Shown: in pieces, positions 30,828-39,038 of the stretch
Layout of the letters: each line of letters begins with the position of its first letter
How positions within the stretch are numbered: the first letter of the stretch is position 1
Origin: an uncultured Bacteroidales bacterium
Lineage (GTDB): Bacteria; Bacteroidota; Bacteroidia; Bacteroidales; UBA1402
Length of the DNA stretch: 48,655 nt
Assembly: GCA_964522065.1 (NCBI GenBank)
Contig: CAZFUO010000003.1
Location: 1-48,655, forward strand
Direction: 5' to 3'
Translations under genes and position numbers: made by a program
The notes under the pieces: generated by a model
Seen by the model: only the letters and a program-made list of their open reading frames with translations
Told to the model about the DNA's origin: nothing
Database searches by the model: none

Positions 30828-33671
30828 ATGATAATGAATAACATAAAAATAAAAAACACAATTCTCAACCTGTTTAAACCTGAAATTGAATATGCAAATT
30901 ACAGGTTGAGGGAGTTAAAACTTCTTGATAATGATCTTTTTATAAAAAAAGATGATATATGTGAGATCTTAAACAAAAATCTTGAAGAAAAATTGCTTGC
31001 AATATCTGAAAACACATTAGTCACACATTATCTTATCGCTCAAAAAGATCTAAAATCAGAGAAAACACCTGAAAAATTGGGTGAATTTTGTGATATGCTG
31101 CTTGATAACGAAGTCAGACTGTATTTTACTGAATCTTTTCCATTGTTATTTGATTTGATTGATAATGAAATTAATCAATGGATATTGTGTTGTTCTGAAG
31201 TAATCAGCAAACTTATAGCAGACATTGAAGAAATTACACAAACATTATACCATGGCATTAATCTGGGAAAAATCATTGATATCGATTTATCTGCAGGTGA
31301 CAGGCATAATAATGGTAAAAGTGTAACACTTATCAAATTTGAGTGCAATTCAACTTTGGTTTACATTCCTGAAAAAAGAGAGTTACATCATCATTTTAAA
31401 CACATTTGCGAATGGATTGACAGTAAAAACAATTTTGGATTTTATTCTCCTGAATATATTTTGAAAGATAATTACACATGGCTGGAATATATTGAATATA
31501 TACCCTGTTTAACTACCGATCAGGTAAAGATGTTTTATAAAAGATCAGGAGTAATACTAGCTCTGCTATATATGATGGATGCAACAGATTTTCATGCTGA
31601 AAATATTATTGCATTTGGTGAATACCCTGTATTGATTGATTTGGAAACATTCTTCCACCCTTTTATGCCTTATGAATCAGAATGCAATACAGGAATAAAC
31701 AATTCTGTTTTGAAGACTGGATTATTACCAAATATTTATTCGGCATCTGCAGATATTGATTACAGCGGTTTCAGCAATGTAAATGAGTTTAAAGAAGCAA
31801 ACAACACATTAAAATATGAATTGGATGCTAATGGTGAAATAAAATTCACAAGAAAAAAAGGCTTTCTTGATTCTGCTAAAAATATCCCTTTTACTGAAAG
31901 AAAGCAATACCCTTTAAATTGCAGATTTAAAGAGGACCTTATTGAAGGTTTTGAAAAAACATATGAAACAATTTTAAATAACAAGAATTATTTTATAAGT
32001 CTTGTCGGTAAGCTAAAAGACGAAAAAATAAGAGTTCTGTTCAGACATACCTCTACATACAGTTATTTATTAAAAGAGTCTTGCCACCCAGATATACTTA
32101 GAAATCATATAAATATGGATGATTTTTTAAAGAATCTAGAAGTAATTCTAAACGATTATCCTGAGTGCAGATTGATTACAGAAATAGAAAAACAAGATCT
32201 AATTTTAAGGAACATACCATATTTATACACATTTGCAGACAGTAAAGATCTTTGGCATAATAAGGCCATACTGATTAAAGACTTTTTTAAAAAGAGCGGC
32301 TTCTATACAGCTTTAGAAAAAATAAAAATGTCAAATAAGGAAGATCTTGAAAGACAAACCTGGATAATCAATTCATGTCTTAATCTTAAAGAAAATCATA
32401 ACCAAAGTGTAAACAAAGCACTTTACCCTTTACACTCACTTACTGAAAATACAGAAATACTTAGTAAAGAACGGATACTTGAATTTGCTGAAAAAACTGC
32501 CCAAAAACTTATAAAGGAGTTTAATATTACAAGTAAAAGATCATATTGGCTGGTAATCAGACCAATAAATTCTGATTCAGGAAAATCGGCAATTATGCCA
32601 TCATCGTATGATTTATACAGCGGAATGCCTGGCGAAATAATTTGCTTTTTATCATTGGCAAAAATCACAGGTAATATTGAATACCATTCAATTGCAATAA
32701 ATTCTGCAGAATATCTGTACAACTTTATTGTCAGGTCTTCAAATCAGATAAAGGAAACTGGCATATTCGGAGGCTGGGGTAGTATCTTTTTTCTATTCAC
32801 TTTACTTGGAAAAATTACTAGAAATGAAGTCTGGTACAGTCGTGCATATGAAATCAGCAAAAAGATCGACTATCAAAGTCTTTTTTATTCAGAAAAAAAT
32901 CATGGCATAACAACCGGCGCATCAGGTTTAATACTTTCCTTTATTGAGATGTACAAACATACAGGAATGAAATACTGGTTAGACCACGCTGAAAAGTTAT
33001 CTGGTTTGTTACTTAGAAGTGCCTATCAATCAAAAGATCAAATAAAATGGAAAGGATTCAGCAAGCATCCTCTTTTAGGACTTGCACATGGATCATCAGG
33101 ATATGCATTATGTTTTTCTAGGTTGTTTCAGTATACAAAAAATGAAAAATATAAAGACATTGCTCTTAAAATCGTAAATTATGAAAACCATTTATATGAT
33201 GAAAAAAACAAGAACTGGCCTGACCTTAGGGACTTTGTAATTGAACAAAATAATGGTAATCAGTTTTTTTCAACAGCATGGTCACATGGTGCACCCGGAA
33301 TTGGTTTGTCAAGAATTGAATTGCTAAAATCCGGAATATCTGACAAAAGAATAAACAAAGACATTAAAATTGCAATTGAAACATGCTTGAAAAATGGATT
33401 TAAGGGAAATCACAATCTTTGTTATGGTAGTTTTGGAAATCTGGAATTGCTTATAAATTCAAGCATTTATTTTAAAGACAAAGACTTAAAAAACAAATAC
33501 CAGACTATTGGATCAGAATTGATAAGACAGTGTACAGAATACGGCATTACACTAAATGACAACAATTTAACGACCCCGGGACTAATGAATGGGTTAACCG
33601 GAATAATCTATCAATGCCTTAGAATGTACGATCCGGAAAATACTCCTTCAATATTAAGTGTATCTGCATAA
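30828..33671 (+). CDS. lanM: class II lanthipeptide synthetase (LanM-type) with non-canonical cyclase metal site
   Basis: The DUF4135/kinase-like dehydratase region has GDRHNNGKSV and DATDFHAENIIAFGEYPVLIDLETFF. The C-terminal LanC-like domain has GLAHGSSGYA, AWSHGAPGIG and NLCYGSFGN. I prefer the ATG at 30828 (MIMNNIK) as the start. Confidence 0.85.
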   Translation: MIMNNIKIKNTILNLFKPEIEYANYRLRELKLLDNDLFIKKDDICEILNKNLEEKLLAISENTLVTHYLIAQKDLKSEKTPEKLGEFCDMLLDNEVRLYFTESFPLLFDLIDNEINQWILCCSEVISKLIADIEEITQTLYHGINLGKIIDIDLSAGDRHNNGKSVTLIKFECNSTLVYIPEKRELHHHFKHICEWIDSKNNFGFYSPEYILKDNYTWLEYIEYIPCLTTDQVKMFYKRSGVILALLYMMDATDFHAENIIAFGEYPVLIDLETFFHPFMPYESECNTGINNSVLKTGLLPNIYSASADIDYSGFSNVNEFKEANNTLKYELDANGEIKFTRKKGFLDSAKNIPFTERKQYPLNCRFKEDLIEGFEKTYETILNNKNYFISLVGKLKDEKIRVLFRHTSTYSYLLKESCHPDILRNHINMDDFLKNLEVILNDYPECRLITEIEKQDLILRNIPYLYTFADSKDLWHNKAILIKDFFKKSGFYTALEKIKMSNKEDLERQTWIINSCLNLKENHNQSVNKALYPLHSLTENTEILSKERILEFAEKTAQKLIKEFNITSKRSYWLVIRPINSDSGKSAIMPSSYDLYSGMPGEIICFLSLAKITGNIEYHSIAINSAEYLYNFIVRSSNQIKETGIFGGWGSIFFLFTLLGKITRNEVWYSRAYEISKKIDYQSLFYSEKNHGITTGASGLILSFIEMYKHTGMKYWLDHAEKLSGLLLRSAYQSKDQIKWKGFSKHPLLGLAHGSSGYALCFSRLFQYTKNEKYKDIALKIVNYENHLYDEKNKNWPDLRDFVIEQNNGNQFFSTAWSHGAPGIGLSRIELLKSGISDKRINKDIKIAIETCLKNGFKGNHNLCYGSFGNLELLINSSIYFKDKDLKNKYQTIGSELIRQCTEYGITLNDNNLTTPGLMNGLTGIIYQCLRMYDPENTPSILSVSA

Positions 33672-33672
33672 T

Positions 33673-35865
33673 ATGGAATTCAGAAAAAGAATAAAACCTG
33701 TAATTCAATATGATTCAATGGATTGCGGCCCAGCATGCTTATCGATGATAGCAAGATATTATGGAAAAATAATATCTCTTCATTCATTAAGAGAGAAGTC
33801 CTTAATTAACAGACAAGGAGTAAGTCTTTTAGGATTGAGTGATGCAGCTGAATCCATTGGATTCAGAACAACAGCAGTCAGAATCGGTTTTGATGACTTA
33901 AAAAAGATACAACTTCCCTGTATTATTCATTGGGATCAGAATCATTTTGTAGTACTAGATAAAATTAAGAGTAAAAAAGGACTCGATTACATTTATGTCT
34001 GTGACCCTGCTTCGGGTCTGGTTATTTATACAAAACAAGAATTCGAACAAGGTTGGATAAGCAGCGTTAACGACAATATAAATACCGGCATTGCATTGAT
34101 ATTGCAGCCAACTATCGATCTTTTTAACTATGAAGAAGAAAAAAAAGAAAGAAAGGATTTTGGATTTATAATTTCATATCTGAAATCATATAGAGTTCTG
34201 ATAAAACAATTGTTTTACGGCCTTTTGGCAGGAAGTTTGATACAAACAATTCTACCATTTCTTACTCAATCAATAGTAGATCAGGGTATAAGCAACAATG
34301 ATTTATCATTTATCACTCTAATTCTGATAGCGCAATTATTTTTAATTATAAGCTCGAGTTGCGCTGTTTTTTTAAGGGGATGGATTATACTACACCTCGG
34401 AACAAGAATCAATGTGTCTTTGATTTCTGACTTTCTATCAAAGCTAATGAAATTACCTATGGGTTATTTTGACAGTAAACAAACAGGAGACCTGCTACAA
34501 AGAATTAATGACCATGAAAGAATTGAAGATTTTCTTACAAACTCAGGATTAAATACGGCATTCTCTATGCTTAATATAATATTCTTTGGCATTATACTAC
34601 TGATATACAACAAAATAATTTTCGCTATTTTTATTATAGGCAGTCTTCTTTACATATTTTGGATAAAGATTTTCATGAAACAACGTAAAGATCTGGATTT
34701 TAAATTTTTCTCAAAACAATCAAAAAACCAGGGAAAACTTGTTGAGCTAATTACCGGAATGCAGGAAGTTAAACTTCATGGTTGTGAAACCAGTAAAAGA
34801 TGGGAATGGGAAAATATCCAGGCTTCCATTTTTAAAATAAGAATTAAAGGATTAGCAATCAGGCAATATCAGGATTCAGGTGCTGTACTTATAAATCAAT
34901 CAAAAAACATTTTAATCACTGCCCTGTCTGCAGGTGCGGTTTTAAAGGGTGAAATGACACTAGGAATGATGTTATCAGTACAATTTATTATAGGTCAATT
35001 AAATGCTCCTGTTGAACAACTGGTTAGTTTCTTCAGAAGCCTTCAGGACGCAAAACTAAGTTTGAACAGACTTTCAGAAATTCATAATCAAAAGGGTGAA
35101 GATGAAAAAGAAGACTTAATTATTGTAAATGACATTGGGCGGGAAATTAAAGTTGAAAACCTTAATTTCTCCTATGATGGTTATAATCAGATTCTAGACA
35201 ATATAAATCTTGAAATTCCAAAAGGTAAGATTACTGCAATTGTAGGAATGAGCGGTAGCGGGAAAACAACAATAATAAAACTTCTGCTCGGGTATTACAA
35301 TAATTATAAAGGTAGAATAATAATTAACAATGAAAACTTCAATCGGTTTAACATGAAATCATGGAGATCAATATGTGGAACGGTAATGCAGGAAGGAATG
35401 CTTTTCTCTGATACAATTGCATCAAATATAGCACCGGGTGAGGAGGTCATTGACAGAAAAAAATTACAAGAGGCAGCCAGAATAGCAAATATTCATGAAT
35501 TTATATTATCACTGCCTTTAGCATATAATACTAAAATTGGCCAGGAAGGTATAAGTATAAGCCAGGGACAGAAACAAAGAATTTTAATTGCCAGAGCAGT
35601 ATATAAAAATCCTGATATAATTTTTCTGGATGAAGCAACAAATGCACTTGATTCCAACAACGAAAAGGAAATAATGGAGCGACTTGACACTTTTTTTTGT
35701 GGAAGAACAGTTATTGTAGTTGCTCACAGATTGAGTACTGTCAGAAAAGCAGATCAGATTATAGTTATAGATAAGGGAAGAATTATTGAAACAGGTAAAC
35801 ACGATGAACTTGTTTTAAAACAAGGAGCTTATTATACACTTGTAAAAAATCAACTTGAATTATAA
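33673..35865 (+). CDS. lanT: bacteriocin/lanthipeptide ABC exporter with N-terminal C39 peptidase domain (LanT/SunT type)
   Basis: The C39 catalytic residues are present (QYDSMDCGPACL, HWDQNHFVVL, CDPASG), followed by a 6-TM ABC membrane domain. The nucleotide-binding domain has Walker A GMSGSGKTT, the signature ISQGQKQR and Walker B IIFLDEATNALD. The ATG at 33673 is 1 nt after the lanM stop. Confidence 0.9.
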   Translation: MEFRKRIKPVIQYDSMDCGPACLSMIARYYGKIISLHSLREKSLINRQGVSLLGLSDAAESIGFRTTAVRIGFDDLKKIQLPCIIHWDQNHFVVLDKIKSKKGLDYIYVCDPASGLVIYTKQEFEQGWISSVNDNINTGIALILQPTIDLFNYEEEKKERKDFGFIISYLKSYRVLIKQLFYGLLAGSLIQTILPFLTQSIVDQGISNNDLSFITLILIAQLFLIISSSCAVFLRGWIILHLGTRINVSLISDFLSKLMKLPMGYFDSKQTGDLLQRINDHERIEDFLTNSGLNTAFSMLNIIFFGIILLIYNKIIFAIFIIGSLLYIFWIKIFMKQRKDLDFKFFSKQSKNQGKLVELITGMQEVKLHGCETSKRWEWENIQASIFKIRIKGLAIRQYQDSGAVLINQSKNILITALSAGAVLKGEMTLGMMLSVQFIIGQLNAPVEQLVSFFRSLQDAKLSLNRLSEIHNQKGEDEKEDLIIVNDIGREIKVENLNFSYDGYNQILDNINLEIPKGKITAIVGMSGSGKTTIIKLLLGYYNNYKGRIIINNENFNRFNMKSWRSICGTVMQEGMLFSDTIASNIAPGEEVIDRKKLQEAARIANIHEFILSLPLAYNTKIGQEGISISQGQKQRILIARAVYKNPDIIFLDEATNALDSNNEKEIMERLDTFFCGRTVIVVAHRLSTVRKADQIIVIDKGRIIETGKHDELVLKQGAYYTLVKNQLEL

Positions 35866-36371
35866 TGGAAGAAAACAAAATAGAATTAAGATCACCAAAA
35901 ATAGATGAAATAATATCAACACCTCCGGGTTTTCTGTTAAAATCCGGAAGTAGCTTGATACTATTAACAATAACTATAATATTAATATTCAGCACGATAA
36001 TTAAAATACCTGAATATATTTATGCGGACGCAATTATTGAAATAACAGGAAACAATTCACATGCAAATCTGGTTGCTAATCTAAGAACCGGTGAAGAATT
36101 TATAGTAAAAAAAGATCAGATTGTATTGGTCAGTATTAAAGGGCTTTCAGAATTTAAATATGGTAATATAGTTTGCAAAATAAATGATATCAATATGACA
36201 ATTGCAACTTGTCATTTAAGATTACCTGTTAAAACAAACTATAATATATTAATCCCCATAGAAGACAATCTGAGGGTAAAAGTCAAAATACTTGTTGATA
36301 AACAAACTATCTTCTCAAAAATTATGGCTCCTTTAAAGTTTTTTTTCAAAAATTCTCATTCGTATATATAA
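35865..36371 (+). CDS. short HlyD-family-like membrane protein (mini membrane-fusion protein lacking the coiled-coil hairpin)
   Basis: The 168-aa ORF's start overlaps the lanT stop (TAATG). The N-terminus (..IDEIISTPPGFLLKSGSSLILLTITIILIFSTIIKIPEYIYA..) and C-terminus (..LRLPVKTNYNILIPIEDNLRVKVKILVD..) resemble the two ends of Bacteroidota HlyD partners of C39-ABC exporters. Those partners are normally ~400+ aa. Confidence 0.5.
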   Translation: MEENKIELRSPKIDEIISTPPGFLLKSGSSLILLTITIILIFSTIIKIPEYIYADAIIEITGNNSHANLVANLRTGEEFIVKKDQIVLVSIKGLSEFKYGNIVCKINDINMTIATCHLRLPVKTNYNILIPIEDNLRVKVKILVDKQTIFSKIMAPLKFFFKNSHSYI

Positions 36372-36423
36372 CAATATAGTACATTTACACCCCGAAATGC
36401 CATAGCCTGACAAATCTAAAAAA

Positions 36424-37911
36424 ATGAAGAATAAAACTGTAATTGTCATTGGTGCAGGCGTTGCCGGGTTGGCAACAGCTGTATCTCTTGCCCACTCGGG
36501 TTTTAAAGTAAAAGTTTTTGAAAAAAATCCTGAACCTGGAGGCAGATGTGGCAGAATATTGAGAGATGGCCATAGATTTGACCTGGGTGCAACTATCTTT
36601 CTTATGCCAAGTATTTATAAAGATGTTTTTGAGTATCTTGGCATATCATTAGATAAAGAATTACCTTCAAAACCACTGCCTGTTATTTACAGATTATTTT
36701 TTTCTGACTCAAAACAAATAGACTTTACAACTGACAAAAATCACCTTAGAGAACAATTAGAATCAATTGAGAAAGGAAGTTATGATAAATCATTGAATTA
36801 TATCAGTAATGGATATTATAACTTCAAAACCGCATACAAAGACTTACTTGGCAAGAACTTTTATAGTCTTTTTGATTTTATAAATCTGAAAAATATAAAA
36901 TTACTTATAAATCTGAAGACTTATAAAAAACATAAAAGCTATGCTGCTAAATTCTTCAAAAATTCGAATCTCAAAACAGCCTTTACTTTCCAGAATATTT
37001 ATGTAGGTCAAAATCCAATGACAGCTCCTGCACTTTTTGCTATGTTACCTGCTGCAGAACTTACTGAGGGCTCTCTTTTTCCTGAGGGAGGAATGAATGC
37101 AATAGTAGAACTTCTTAAAAAGAAAGCAGACGAACTGGGAGTCGACTTTGTCTTTAATTGTGGTGTAGAAAAAATATTAACAGAAGATAATAAGGTTTCA
37201 GGCGTGAAGTTAGAAAACGGAGAAATAAAATTATCTGACATTATTGTTGCTAACGCAGATCTTCCTTATGTATATAAAGAGCTATTACCCAAAAGTTTAA
37301 AGACCAGACTACTTGATTTTAAAAAGTATTCATGTTCAGCTATTGTCTATCATTGGGGTCTGGACAAGCAATATAATCAGCTGGGACATCATAGTGTTTT
37401 TATTTCATCACAATACAAAAAGGGGCTTAAAGCTATTTTTAAGAATAACAGTATGAGCGACGAGCCTAGCTTTTATGTACATTCTCCTGCAAAAACAGAT
37501 AAAACAGCTGCTCCAGACGGTCATGAAAGTATATCTGTAATTATCCCTGTAGGTCATATTACTAATAAGAATGAAGACGAGTGGATAAAGCTAAGGCAAA
37601 CAGGAAGGAAAGCTGTAATTGAAAGATTAAAAAAAGAGGGTCTTAACGATATAGAAGAACATATCAAATTTGAAATATGCTATTTACCTCAAACCTGGAA
37701 ATCGTTATTTAATGTGAGTAAAGGTTCTGTTTTTGGAAGTATTAATCACAGTATAATGCAAATGGGATATTTCAGACCCCATAACAGACATTCAGATTAT
37801 AAAAATCTTTATTTTGCAGGAGGCAGTACTCATCCGGGAAATGGTGTACCTTTAGTTTTATTATCTGCAAAACTTACAAGTCAAAGAATTGTAAAAGACA
37901 ATAAACAGTAG
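36424..37911 (+). CDS. crtI: phytoene desaturase family FAD-dependent oxidoreductase (CrtI/CrtN-like)
   Basis: The 495-aa ORF has the N-terminal dinucleotide fold VIVIGAGVAGLATA..FEKNPEPGGRCG...GHRFDLGATIFLMP. The C-terminal pattern YFAGGSTHPGNGVPLVLLSAKL is typical of CrtI-type desaturases. Confidence 0.8.
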   Translation: MKNKTVIVIGAGVAGLATAVSLAHSGFKVKVFEKNPEPGGRCGRILRDGHRFDLGATIFLMPSIYKDVFEYLGISLDKELPSKPLPVIYRLFFSDSKQIDFTTDKNHLREQLESIEKGSYDKSLNYISNGYYNFKTAYKDLLGKNFYSLFDFINLKNIKLLINLKTYKKHKSYAAKFFKNSNLKTAFTFQNIYVGQNPMTAPALFAMLPAAELTEGSLFPEGGMNAIVELLKKKADELGVDFVFNCGVEKILTEDNKVSGVKLENGEIKLSDIIVANADLPYVYKELLPKSLKTRLLDFKKYSCSAIVYHWGLDKQYNQLGHHSVFISSQYKKGLKAIFKNNSMSDEPSFYVHSPAKTDKTAAPDGHESISVIIPVGHITNKNEDEWIKLRQTGRKAVIERLKKEGLNDIEEHIKFEICYLPQTWKSLFNVSKGSVFGSINHSIMQMGYFRPHNRHSDYKNLYFAGGSTHPGNGVPLVLLSAKLTSQRIVKDNKQ

Positions 37912-37913
37912 TC

Positions 37914-38852
37914 ATGCAGGCACTTACAAATACATTTATAGAGTCTTTCAACACAATAGATTTTGAAAAGATAATTGACCACCCTAATATTCTGATTGCA
38001 GCAAGATTCTGGGATGAAGAAAGATATCAGGCTGCATTAACCTGCTATAAACTTATGCGTGCAATTGATGATCTGGTTGATAATTATAAAACAGATCATA
38101 TATTCATATCTGAAGATGAAAAAAGTAAATTAATGAACCAGGTTGAAGACTGGTTAGAAAATATTGGAACAGAAAATACAAATATCCCTCTTGTAGATGA
38201 AGTAAGCATCACATTCAGAAAGTTCTCGATTCCAAAATGGACTATGGAGTCTTTTGCAAGATCTATGATCTATGATATTAAACACGATGGATTTGCTACC
38301 CTGGATACTTTTCTTGAATATGCAGAAGGAGCGTCAGTAGCACCCGCCGCTGTTTTTGTACATTTAGCAGGATTAAGAAAAGAAGGTGAGTCTTACGCCC
38401 TACCCCTTTTTAATGTAAGGGAAGCAGCCAGATCTTGTGCGGTTTTTAGTTATCTGGTACATATAATAAGAGATTTCAAAAAAGACCAGAATAACAATCT
38501 AATGTATTTTTCTGAAGATCTTATGAAAAAACATGGCCTCACCAGAACTATGCTTAAAGAAATGGCAAAAGGTAATCCTATAATAAAAGAATTCAGAAAC
38601 ATGATTAAGGACTATTATGAGGTTGCCGATTTATACAGAATAAAAACATATGATATAATTCAAAAAATTAAGCCACTGATACATCCCAGATATCAGTTGA
38701 GTCTTGACATAATTTTTAATTTATATTTAATGGTTTTCGATAGAATTGATTATAGTAACGGGAATTTTTCAACTGAAGAATTAAATCCAACGTCAGAAGA
38801 AATCAAAAAACGTGTTTATCAAACAATTATCGATTTCAAATTGCTTTATTAG
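37914..38852 (+). CDS. crtB: phytoene/squalene (dehydrosqualene) synthase family protein
   Basis: The 312-aa ORF has the first Asp-rich motif YKLMRAIDDLVDN and a second acidic region HIIRDFKKD. It starts 2 nt after crtI. Confidence 0.75.
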   Translation: MQALTNTFIESFNTIDFEKIIDHPNILIAARFWDEERYQAALTCYKLMRAIDDLVDNYKTDHIFISEDEKSKLMNQVEDWLENIGTENTNIPLVDEVSITFRKFSIPKWTMESFARSMIYDIKHDGFATLDTFLEYAEGASVAPAAVFVHLAGLRKEGESYALPLFNVREAARSCAVFSYLVHIIRDFKKDQNNNLMYFSEDLMKKHGLTRTMLKEMAKGNPIIKEFRNMIKDYYEVADLYRIKTYDIIQKIKPLIHPRYQLSLDIIFNLYLMVFDRIDYSNGNFSTEELNPTSEEIKKRVYQTIIDFKLLY

Positions 38853-39038
38853 GCTTTGTAGCTTGTTAAAAAGACTTAATTGATTAAAAAAGATCGTATA
38901 ATCACTTAAACAAATACGGTTTTAAATAGTCAAAAGGTGGCAAATGATATAAATATTACAATTTTATGTTAAGAAATCCAAAATCAAAGTAAAAATGATG
39001 TTCTACTTTAATAACTTGCGAATTATTTCTATATCCTG

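Noticed and set aside
36424-38852. crtI/crtB might act as tailoring enzymes of the RiPP, for example by attaching an isoprenoid.
   Set aside because: Both proteins carry the ordinary carotenoid-type signatures, and no prenyltransferase-type RiPP enzyme is present. Adjacency alone is insufficient, so this is kept only as context in the supercluster finding.
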